Source: an uncultured Verrucomicrobiae bacterium | GTDB taxonomy: Bacteria; Verrucomicrobiota; Verrucomicrobiia; Limisphaerales; UBA11358 | Assembly (NCBI GenBank): GCA_963789335.1 | Contig: CAWBKH010000002.1 | Location: 985,355 to 1,049,354 of the forward strand | DNA length: 64,000 nucleotides | Reading direction: 5' to 3' | Shown: positions 38,290 to 46,233 of the stretch, piece after piece | Numbering within the stretch: position 1 is the first letter of the stretch | How the letters are laid out: each line of letters starts with the position of its first letter | Position numbers and translations under genes: made by a program | Notes under the pieces: generated by a model | Told to the model about the DNA's origin: nothing | Databases searched by the model: none | What the model saw: only the letters and a program-made list of their open reading frames with translations

Positions 38290-38415
38290 CCTTCTCCCCA
38301 AGGAGAAGGAGAATCCTCCGCCGTCTGCTTGAAAATTCGTGTGGCTGGTTTTGCCGGACGACCATCCGCCAAACCAGAACCGGACGCCTGCTATTTTCTC
38401 TCCTGGGGGAGAGGA
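38290..38415. repeat. hairpin-rich composite element (TCTCCCCAAGGAGA ... CTGGTTT-N19-AAACCAG ... TCTCCTGGGGGAGA)
   Basis: Two self-complementary end modules in inverted orientation flank an inner 7-bp stem. Confidence 0.6.
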
Positions 38416-38485
38416 AACAGGTGAGGGCGAGCGTCAAAACAAAATTCATTCCGACAATCGTTCATCCCAAAATGAAGAGTTCCCG

Positions 38486-38565
38486 TCCGCCTGCATCTGA
38501 TTTCCGTCTTCGCCAAGCTTCGTGCGTGAGCCACGCGTCCCGTTGCCCCTGCGGAATACGGCTTT
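38486..38565 (+). repeat. direct-repeat unit F2
   Basis: See 38151-38260. Confidence 0.75.
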
Positions 38566-38597
38566 GGCGTGCGCGGACATATCCGCTTTCATTTTGC

Positions 38598-38672
38598 GTA
38601 GCAGCGGATGTGAGTCCGCTCCATCTAAAAATCACCCCGCAAAATAATGAGCCGACTCACGTCGGCTGCTAC
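38598..38672. repeat. REPIN-like doublet: GTAGCAGCGGATGTGAGTCCGCTC (+) - 27 nt - inverted GTAGCAGCCGACGTGAGTCGGCTC (-)
   Basis: Two 24-nt GTAG-hairpin units in inverted orientation, ending 3 nt from the manA stop. Confidence 0.75.
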
Positions 38673-38675
38673 ATT

Positions 38676-39656
38676 TCAATTCGCCTCGACGCGCAATAAT
38701 ATCACCGTTGATTTCGTCAAAATTTTCGTCCGTTCCAAGGAAGCCGGTACCAGGCAAAACTGCCCTGCAGCGAGATTTACAGACACCGGAGCGCTCTTGA
38801 CTTCAAGCTCACCGCATACCGCGACAATGATTTGAAGTTTGCGCGGTTTCAAATTCAGACTCGCGCCGGGTTTCATTTCGAGCGCTTCGACGTTGAAAAG
38901 CCGACCATTCACCAACAGGCGTGATTTGACTTCGCTGCCGGCAAACCTGCTTTGAATCAGCGCCGGTTCAAAATCCTCAAAATTGATGCTGGCCAGTGAT
39001 TCCGCAACGTGAAGTTCGCGCGGTTTGCCGTCCAGGCCCACGCGGTTCCAATCGAACACGCGGTACGTTGTGTCTGAATTTTGCTGGATTTCAAAAATCA
39101 CAAGGCCCGCGCCGATGGCATGAACGCGCCCGCTCGGCAGAAACATGGCGTCACCCGCACGAACCGGAATCCGGTGAAAACATCCGACTACTTCGCCGGT
39201 CTGGATTTTCTTCTCGAATTCCGCGCCCGTGACGCCGCGCTTAAGCCCGACATATAATTCCGCGCCGGGCGCTGCGTCGGCTATAAACCACATTTCAGTT
39301 TTCGGTTCGCCGCCAAGTTTGGCGGCCTTGTCCACCGGCGGATGAACCTGCAAAGAAAGTTTTTCCCGTGCGTCGAGAATTTTGCACAGGAGTGGGAAAC
39401 GATTTCCGCCGGCAGGTTTCGCGTCACCAAGCAGTTCGGGCGCGTGATTCTCCATGAGCCAGCGCAAGTCCTTGCCCGCCAGCGGGCCGTTGGCGATAAC
39501 GCTGGCGTCGCCGGGCCGGTCGCTGATTTCCCATGATTCGCCGACGGGCACGCCGGACGGGAGTTTCTTGCCGTAGAGCCGTCCGATTTCGTGTCCGCCC
39601 CAGACACGTTCTTTGAAAATCGGGTGAAAAATGAACGGATAGAGCACGGGGATCAC
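38676..39656 (-). CDS. manA: class I mannose-6-phosphate isomerase
   Basis: KERVWGG, LSLQVHP and GDAMFLPSGRVHAIG. GTG start overlaps the accA stop (GTGA). Confidence 0.85.
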   Translation of the reverse strand: MIPVLYPFIFHPIFKERVWGGHEIGRLYGKKLPSGVPVGESWEISDRPGDASVIANGPLAGKDLRWLMENHAPELLGDAKPAGGNRFPLLCKILDAREKLSLQVHPPVDKAAKLGGEPKTEMWFIADAAPGAELYVGLKRGVTGAEFEKKIQTGEVVGCFHRIPVRAGDAMFLPSGRVHAIGAGLVIFEIQQNSDTTYRVFDWNRVGLDGKPRELHVAESLASINFEDFEPALIQSRFAGSEVKSRLLVNGRLFNVEALEMKPGASLNLKPRKLQIIVAVCGELEVKSAPVSVNLAAGQFCLVPASLERTKILTKSTVILLRVEAN

Positions 39657-40693
39657 GCCGTGGCGGCCGCGCGAACCATGACATTGGAGGCCGGGTTGGC
39701 AACCACCCTTGCCTCCTTGACGGGAGGCTGGGCTTTTTCGAGAAATTGCCCGTGGGCGCGGAATTTTTCGTAACGCTTTTTCAACCGCTCGGTGATTGGC
39801 AGCGCCAGGGTTTTCTCAAGATGTTTGAGCAAATGCCCCTTCAAATTTTCCGCGGTGGCCGCCAGATCCGTGTGCGCGCCGCCGAGCGGTTCGGGCACGA
39901 TTTCGTCCACGAGTTTGAGTTCGAGCAAATCCTTGGCGGTGATTTTGAGGGCGGCGGCGGCCCTGGCGGCGTTCGCCCGATCTTTCCACAAAATCGCGGC
40001 GCAACCCTCGGGACTGATGACCGAATAATAGGCGTTCTCCAAAATCAGCACGCTGTCGGCCACCCCGATGCCGAGCGCGCCGCCGGAGCCGCCTTCGCCG
40101 ATGACGGCGGCGATGATGGGCACTTCAAAGAGCGTCATTTCGCGGAGGTTGACGGCGATGGCCTCGGCGATGTGGCGTTCTTCCGCGCCAATGCCGGGAT
40201 ACGCGCCCGCCGTGTCAATGAGCGTGATGATGGGCAGGCCGAATTTGTTCGCCAGCCGCATCAGACGGAGCGCCTTGCGGTAGCCTTCGGGATGGGCGGA
40301 GCCGAAATTGCGCAAAATGTTTTCCTTGGTATCCCGGCCTTTTTGCGTGCCCACGACAACGACGCGATGGTCGCCCAATTTAGCAAAGCCGCCAACCATG
40401 GCGCGATCCTCGGCAAAGAGGCGGTCGCCGTGCAGTTCGTGAAAATCGGAAAAGGTCGTTGCCAGGTAATCCAGCGTGTAAGGACGCTTGGGGTGCCGTG
40501 CCACTTGCACGCGCTGCCACGCGGTAAGGTTGGAGAAAATCTGCCGCCGGGTTTCTTCCAGCTTCTTTTCAATAAGCTGAATTTCCTCCTCAAAGTTGAC
40601 GCCCAGCGAATGCTTCTCCGGGTGTTCACGGAGGTCATCAAGCTTGCCCTGCAGTTCGATAATCGGTTTCTCGAAATCGAGCTGATGTTTCAT
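39653..40693 (-). CDS. accA: acetyl-CoA carboxylase carboxyltransferase alpha subunit
   Basis: MKHQLDFEKPIIELQGKLDDL is the canonical AccA N-terminus; DTAGAYPG and GEGGSGGALG are present. The ORF-track TTG at 40726 is probably upstream read-through. Confidence 0.9.
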   Translation of the reverse strand: MKHQLDFEKPIIELQGKLDDLREHPEKHSLGVNFEEEIQLIEKKLEETRRQIFSNLTAWQRVQVARHPKRPYTLDYLATTFSDFHELHGDRLFAEDRAMVGGFAKLGDHRVVVVGTQKGRDTKENILRNFGSAHPEGYRKALRLMRLANKFGLPIITLIDTAGAYPGIGAEERHIAEAIAVNLREMTLFEVPIIAAVIGEGGSGGALGIGVADSVLILENAYYSVISPEGCAAILWKDRANAARAAAALKITAKDLLELKLVDEIVPEPLGGAHTDLAATAENLKGHLLKHLEKTLALPITERLKKRYEKFRAHGQFLEKAQPPVKEARVVANPASNVMVRAAATA

Positions 40694-40744
40694 GTGTCCG
40701 AAAACTATATCTTTTTGGCCTGACAATCAATGGCGAATTCCGTA

Positions 40745-40931
40745 AATGCGAAAGGCCGGACTTTCGTCCGGCCTCCGCGGTGACGAGGCTTATACGCCTT
40801 CACCCAGGCGCTCAGAAGGGTGACGCGGCCAACTTGGGGTCGCTGTTCGAGCCGCGCCACGAGCAAAACCTCTATGCCAACCCTAAACGAACAGCGAAAT
40901 CTTCATTCGTCACTGATTAATGGACGCGGAG
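40745..40931 (-). ncRNA. candidate structured leader/sRNA upstream of accA (three-helix fold plus intrinsic terminator)
   Basis: Promoter-like TTGAAT-16 nt-TATGTT at 40960-40933. P1 is CTCCGCG..GTGACGA pairing with TCGTCACCGCGGAG. P2 is CGCTGTTCG/CGAACAGCG (9-10 bp). P3 is TCACCC/GGGTGA. The terminator is AGGCCGGAC GAAA GTCCGGCCT followed by TTCGCATTT. Confidence 0.4.
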
Positions 40932-40956
40932 TAACATAAAACGGTTCAAAAAAAAT

Positions 40957-41703
40957 TCAAATTATTTTACCAGCCTCAATTTGGCTGAAAATCCACGTTT
41001 TTTGGCGTAATTGAATGACCCGGCCCAAAGGTGTTTTACCTGAAAAATCGAGCGACTCGCGGAGGGCCTTTTCCTTGCCCGCGCCTGAAATCAGGACCCA
41101 AACCTGTTTTGCCGCCGCAATGGCGGCGTAACTCAACGAAATGCGCCGGGGCGGCGGCTTGGGCGAATTGTCAACCGCTAGAAAGGGGGCTGTACAATGG
41201 ACGATTTCCGCCGGAGCGTCCGGAAACAGCGAAGCCACATGGCCATCTTCGCCCATGCCGAGAAAAATCAAATCCAGAATCGGCCAGCCGGCTTGGTCGG
41301 AGGGTGCGATTTGGCGAAGTTCCGACTCGGCATTTTTCACGGCGTCTGCAGGCGAATCTTCGCCGTGAACTCGGTGAATCTGATTTTCAGGGACTTTCAG
41401 TGGTGCGAACAATAGTTCGCTGGCCATCTTGAAGTTGCTTTCCGGATCATCTGGCGGCACGCAGCGTTCGTCCGCCCAGAAAAAATGCACGTGGGCGAAC
41501 GAAACCGTGCGCACCTCGGCCTGTTCGACGACCGATGCGAAAAATGTTCGCGTGATGCGCCCGCCGGACAAGGCGACACAATGCGATTTGCCCGCACGAT
41601 GGGCCGTTTCAATTTCATCCAGCCACGAGCTGGCGGCTACGCGAGCCAGTTCGTCGGCAGCGGCGAAGGAAAACAGTTCAAAGTTATTTCTGGGCGAGGT
41701 CAT
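40957..41703 (-). CDS. pgl: 6-phosphogluconolactonase
   Basis: HCVALSGGRITRTFF and FFWADERCVPPDDPESN. The ATG at 41703 gives an ATGA overlap with the upstream gene (ORF track start 41718). Confidence 0.85.
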   Translation of the reverse strand: MTSPRNNFELFSFAAADELARVAASSWLDEIETAHRAGKSHCVALSGGRITRTFFASVVEQAEVRTVSFAHVHFFWADERCVPPDDPESNFKMASELLFAPLKVPENQIHRVHGEDSPADAVKNAESELRQIAPSDQAGWPILDLIFLGMGEDGHVASLFPDAPAEIVHCTAPFLAVDNSPKPPPRRISLSYAAIAAAKQVWVLISGAGKEKALRESLDFSGKTPLGRVIQLRQKTWIFSQIEAGKII

Positions 41704-42167
41704 GGTGGGCTGGGGCAAACGACAAGCGCCGTTTTAATTGAATTGGCGATATAACACTGCTCGTGCGCCAGATGATGCAACTGTTCTTGGTCAGCGGGCG
41801 TGGGTAATTTCCCGCCGCCAAAAGCTATCTTTGGATTGAGTTTGACCAAACTGACCCAAGACACACCTTTTTCGTTTTTGGCCATTACGCCAACCGCCTC
41901 ATCGTCATAGCTGTCAACCTGGAATCCGGACTTGGAGGCCAGATGGAGAAACGTAAGCATGTGACAACTCGAAATCGCCGCCACAAAAGCTTCCTCCGGA
42001 TCGACATGTGCCGGATTCGAGTAGGGGACGGGCACAACGAACGGCGAAGGAGACGCCGGAACGGTGAAGCCGCCATCAAATACCCAGGTGTGCTCCCGCG
42101 AATACCTGCCCTTGAGAAACTCCGGGCTGGTTCGGCGCCATTTGATCGTTGCCTTGTGTTCAGACAC
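41700..42167 (-). CDS. OsmC/Ohr-family protein
   Basis: 155 aa. EEAFVAAISSCHMLTFLHLA and the C-terminal HEQCYIANS are typical of the OsmC fold with two Cys. Confidence 0.75.
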   Translation of the reverse strand: MSEHKATIKWRRTSPEFLKGRYSREHTWVFDGGFTVPASPSPFVVPVPYSNPAHVDPEEAFVAAISSCHMLTFLHLASKSGFQVDSYDDEAVGVMAKNEKGVSWVSLVKLNPKIAFGGGKLPTPADQEQLHHLAHEQCYIANSIKTALVVCPSPP

Positions 42168-42185
42168 GGATTGGTTCCCGCACGA

Positions 42186-43847
42186 TTACTTTATCATCTG
42201 TGGCTCATGCCAAGCGTGGCCGCTTTGCGCCAGCATGTCATCCGAGGCCACCGGTCCCCAAGTCCCGGCGGCGTAAAACTCCCGGTTCGTCAACGATTTG
42301 CCGTCCCAGCCTTTGCGAATGGAGTCCACGATTTGCCACGCGGTTTCCACCTCGTCGCGGCGGATGAAGAGCGTCGCATCCCCAACGATGGCTTCGAGCA
42401 ACAACCGCTCGTAGGCTTCGGGCGTGTACGCGCCGAACTCGGCGTCGTAGCTGAAGTGCATCCGGACAGGCCGCACGCCGAGGCTCATGCCAGGCACCTT
42501 GCCATTGAACCGCAGATAAATGCCTTCGTTCGGCTGCAAGCGCAACGCGATGGCGTTGGGATCCAGCTTGTTGCCGCCCGCGGCGAACAAAACGTTGGGC
42601 ACGGGGCGAAACTGCACACGCACTTCGCTGGCGCTCATCGGCAAATATTTGCCGGTGCGCAAGTAAAACGGCACGTCGGACCAACGCCAGTTGTCAATAA
42701 ACAGCTTCAGAGCGACGTAGGTTTCGACGTTGGAATCCGGTTTGACCTTCGGTTCCTGCCGGTAGCCGGGCACGGGCTTGCCATTGACCGCGCCGGCGAA
42801 GTATTGACCGCGCACAATCTGCCGCGCGACGTCGTCGGGCGTCAGCTCGCGGATGGATTTAAGCAGCTTGACTTTTTCGTCGCGGATACATTCGGCGGCG
42901 AGCGAGACGGGCGGCTCCATGGCAATGAGCGCCAGCACCTGAAGCATGTGGTTTTGCACCATGTCGCGCAACGCCCCGGCTTCCTCGTAATAACCGCCGC
43001 GGTCGCCCACGCCGATTTTTTCGCTCACGGTGATTTGCACGTGGTCAATCAGGTTCCGGTTCCAGAGCCGTTCAAAAATCGAATTGGAGAACCGGAACAT
43101 CAAAATATTCTGCACCGTCTCCTTGCCGAGGTAATGGTCAATTCGGCAAACCTGTTCTTCATGGGCGTAGCGCGTCAATTCGCGATTGAGCGCCTGCGCG
43201 GAGGCAAGATCATGGCCGAACGGCTTCTCCACGACGATGCGCTGCCAGCCCGCGCCGTCCTTGTGCAACAAGCCGGCGCGATGGATTTGCTCAATCACCT
43301 CGGCAAACTGGCTCGGCTGGGTGGCGAGATAAAACATCAGGTTTTCCCGCAACGGACCGCTGCCGAACGAAGTCAGCATTTCTTCGAGCCTTTTGTAGGC
43401 CGCGGCATCGGTGAGATCGCCCCGGCAGTAATACAAATTTCTGGCAAATTCCTTCCAGACCGCATCGTCCACCGGCTGGGTGCGCGAGAACTGGTTAAGT
43501 TCCTCGCGCAACTCGTTTCGCCACGACTCGTCCGTCTTGTCGCGCCGGGCAAAACCGATGACACGGAACGAGGCCGGCATTTGCTGGTCCTTGCAGAGAT
43601 GGTAAAACGCCGGGATGAGCTTGCGCGCCGTGAGGTCGCCGCTCGCGCCAAAAATGACGATGGAACAAGGTTCGAGCGGTTTGCGCTCGGCATTGATATT
43701 GTCATTGGCCGATTCTTCCGTGGAATTCGAGGTATTCACGGCCGCAACAATGGCGCAACGGACAAACAAATTCAACGCTTCTTCTAACGCGCGCTCAAAA
43801 AATGTCCGGCGTTCAGAAATTGCTCGCCCGGCAAGGTTGTTTTTCAC
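42186..43847 (-). CDS. zwf: glucose-6-phosphate 1-dehydrogenase
   Basis: IFGASGDLTARKLIPAFYHL, RIDHYLGKE and EPPV. The true start may be GTG at 43739, because ATG 43847 lies only 40 nt from the divergent purS. Confidence 0.9.
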   Translation of the reverse strand: MKNNLAGRAISERRTFFERALEEALNLFVRCAIVAAVNTSNSTEESANDNINAERKPLEPCSIVIFGASGDLTARKLIPAFYHLCKDQQMPASFRVIGFARRDKTDESWRNELREELNQFSRTQPVDDAVWKEFARNLYYCRGDLTDAAAYKRLEEMLTSFGSGPLRENLMFYLATQPSQFAEVIEQIHRAGLLHKDGAGWQRIVVEKPFGHDLASAQALNRELTRYAHEEQVCRIDHYLGKETVQNILMFRFSNSIFERLWNRNLIDHVQITVSEKIGVGDRGGYYEEAGALRDMVQNHMLQVLALIAMEPPVSLAAECIRDEKVKLLKSIRELTPDDVARQIVRGQYFAGAVNGKPVPGYRQEPKVKPDSNVETYVALKLFIDNWRWSDVPFYLRTGKYLPMSASEVRVQFRPVPNVLFAAGGNKLDPNAIALRLQPNEGIYLRFNGKVPGMSLGVRPVRMHFSYDAEFGAYTPEAYERLLLEAIVGDATLFIRRDEVETAWQIVDSIRKGWDGKSLTNREFYAAGTWGPVASDDMLAQSGHAWHEPQMIK

Positions 43848-43887
43848 AACATTCCTCCATTAGCCCCAAGGTTCTTGGGGCGCGAAG

Positions 43888-44130
43888 ATGAAAGCGAAAA
43901 TTGTTATTACGCCAAAGAAGGCCGTTGTGGATCCCCAGGGCAAAACCGTCAAAAACGCGCTTGAGCAAATGGGCTACCAGGGCGTGGCCGCCGTCCACGT
44001 CGGGAAATACATCGAAATCGAACTCGCGCCCGGCACGGACAAAACCGCTGCGCAAGCCGCGCTGAACGACGCGGCGCACAAGTTTTTGAGCAACCCAATC
44101 ATTGAGGATTACAAACTGGAAATAGAATAA
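43888..44130 (+). CDS. purS: phosphoribosylformylglycinamidine synthase subunit PurS
   Basis: 80 aa; VITPKKAVVDPQGKTVKNALEQMGY...NPIIEDY. Confidence 0.9.
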   Translation: MKAKIVITPKKAVVDPQGKTVKNALEQMGYQGVAAVHVGKYIEIELAPGTDKTAAQAALNDAAHKFLSNPIIEDYKLEIE

Positions 44131-44204
44131 CGGGATTTGTGATATACGATTTACCAACCGCTTGCCGGTTTGCGCGTAAATCGTAAATCGGAAATCGTGA
44201 ATCA
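44131..44204. repeat. nested hairpin filling the purS-purQ spacer: inverted heptamer arrays (..TACGATTTA / TAAATCG TAAATCG GAAATCG TGAATCA) around a GC-rich mini-hairpin AACCG-CTTGC-CGGTT
   Basis: Read directly. 19/23 identity between the reverse complement of the left arm and the right arm. Confidence 0.7.
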
Positions 44205-44206
44205 AA

Positions 44207-44920
44207 ATGAACTTTGCCGTTCTCCAATTCCCCGCCTCCAATTGCGACCAGGACGCCATTCACGCCCTGCGCGATGTGCTCGGCCAGTCGGCGCGCTACG
44301 TCTGGCACAAGGAAACCTCGCTGGGCGACGCCAACGCTGTCATCGTGCCCGGCGGTTTCAGTTACGGCGATTATTTGCGTTGCGGCGCGGTTGCGCGGTT
44401 CAGCCCGGTGACGCAGGCGGTGAAACAATTCGCCGACAACGGCGGTCTGGTGCTCGGCATCTGCAACGGCTTTCAAGTGCTCACAGAAGCCGGCCTGCTG
44501 CCCGGCGCGCTCGTCCGCAACCGCGACCTGCAATTCCATTGCGAACACATTTTCCTGAAGACCGTCACGCCCGACTCGCCGTTTACGAACAAAATCCCCG
44601 CGGGCAAATTGCTGAAAATTCCCATCGCCCACGGTGAAGGCTGCTATTTCGCCGACGAGGAAACCTTGGCAAAGCTCAAGGCGAACAACCAGATTTTGTG
44701 GCAATATTGCGACGCGGACAGCAACCTGACTGACACGGCGAACCCGAATGGTTCGCTGCTGAACATTGCCGGCATCTGCAACGAGCGCCGCAACGTGGCC
44801 GGCCTCATGCCGCATCCCGAACGCGCCAGCGAACTCGCGCTCGGCAGCGACGACGGCAAATGGATTTTGGAGAGCATGATCACCGCGCTCAAAAACAAAA
44901 ACGTCGCGCAAGTCGCTTAA
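44207..44920 (+). CDS. purQ: phosphoribosylformylglycinamidine synthase glutaminase subunit PurQ
   Basis: [20 protein letters not shown] and HPER. Confidence 0.95.
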   Translation: MNFAVLQFPASNCDQDAIHALRDVLGQSARYVWHKETSLGDANAVIVPGGFSYGDYLRCGAVARFSPVTQAVKQFADNGGLVLGICNGFQVLTEAGLLPGALVRNRDLQFHCEHIFLKTVTPDSPFTNKIPAGKLLKIPIAHGEGCYFADEETLAKLKANNQILWQYCDADSNLTDTANPNGSLLNIAGICNERRNVAGLMPHPERASELALGSDDGKWILESMITALKNKNVAQVA

Positions 44921-44931
44921 TCCAAACGATC

Positions 44932-46233
44932 ATGCAAGATGACGGGTCACTTTCGCTTTTTTATGAAGTGCAGAAACAACTGCAAGGCGAAATTGCACTG
45001 GCAGGTCACGAGATAAAGACGGCACAGAACAACTTACTGGCTCTCAAAAAAACCGAAAACTTGGCATCTTGCTTTTTGGTTGATTACAAAAACGCTCCTC
45101 CGACTCAAGAATTTCAGTCCGGTTTAAAATTGACGCTTGCGCCAACCGGATTGCTGGTTTCGGGAATGGTCAATAATTATAGTTCCGTCCCAACTCTGAC
45201 AGAAAAATCGGTTTTGGCGGCGCAAATGCAAACAACCGTTTTGAGCGGTGTAGCTGCGTTTCTTTCCGAAATACCAATGGAATCGAGAGGTCTGTTTGTC
45301 AAAGTCGGGACAAGTTTGGCAGCTGACGCAACTGCGATTCAATCATATGAAGAACAGCTTTCGGTTATTCTGGAAAAACTAAAGCCAAGTTTACGCATTC
45401 AGTTAACTGGTGCGGTTGCTAGCTTGCGCGACGCCAACAATCCGGCACGATTTACGAACACGGCCAATAATCTGCGCGAATTGCTTCGAGAGTTGCTGGC
45501 TGTTATCGCTCCTAATGACCAGATAAAAACCAGCCAATGGTTTGTCCCAGATAAAACTTCCAAAACCGGTGTCACACGCCGACACCGAATTCAGTTTGCA
45601 GTTTATGGTTTCCTTTCAGAAGAGTCTTTTCCGAACAATCTAGCTGAAAAAGTTGATGACTTAACTGCTGATTTGCTCGAAAAAGTTGACAAGCTTTCTG
45701 AATTCACTCACACAACAGAAGCTGTTTTGAACAGCGACGAAAACGAGGCCTTGGGTTTATTTCAGGCAACGCTGCAATTATTTATTTTGCTTTTTGATAC
45801 AATTAAAGCTGCCAAAGATTGTATTCAGGATGATTTACAGATTGCTGTCCAAGATGCCCTAGCGCATTTGTTTATTTCGGACTTTTTTGACGAACTCGAC
45901 TGTCTTTCATCTCACACTCGTCCTCAAGATGCTGAAGACGTGGAAGTCGCAGTGGAAGAAATTGACGCAGAACGAATACATTTCAGCGGAAGCGGAAGCG
46001 TTTTATGCGAATTGCAATATGGTTCTGATTCCGATGTAAGGAATGGAGACGGACTTGAAATGACTGATTCGTATCCGTTCACCTTTCATGGTTGGGCATC
46101 CACAACCAATCCAAATGAGGTTAATGTGGAACGTGAATCGATTGAAATTGATACGAGTTCGTTTTACGGCGAGCCTGAAGAGGCGAACGAAAAAGAGATT
46201 TTGAAAAGCATAGATTCTTTAATTGAGATTCCC
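44932..46233 (+). other. low-GC insert/extension between purQ and the purL core
   Basis: Hand-counted samples give 45% GC (45001-45060) and 30% (45781-45830), against 68% in the purL core (47001-47060). Confidence 0.7.

Noticed and set aside
40727-40956. Known RNA classes for the accA-upstream structure: tmRNA, SRP RNA, 6S RNA, ZTP riboswitch.
   Set aside because: tmRNA is excluded: there is no tRNA-like end, and the only short frame ends ...FVTD rather than ...AA. SRP RNA is excluded: the GGAA/AGCA helix-8 motifs are missing. 6S RNA is unlikely, because the fold is a three-helix junction rather than one long bulged hairpin. For ZTP, only GCGCCUGGGUG loosely recalls CCGCCUGGGC and the 5' subdomain is absent.
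43848-43887. Apparent 40-nt divergent promoter region between zwf and purS.
   Set aside because: This is probably an artefact of taking the longest zwf ORF. A GTG at 43739 gives a more typical Zwf N-terminal length and leaves about 150 nt of intergenic space. It is not treated as a regulatory oddity.
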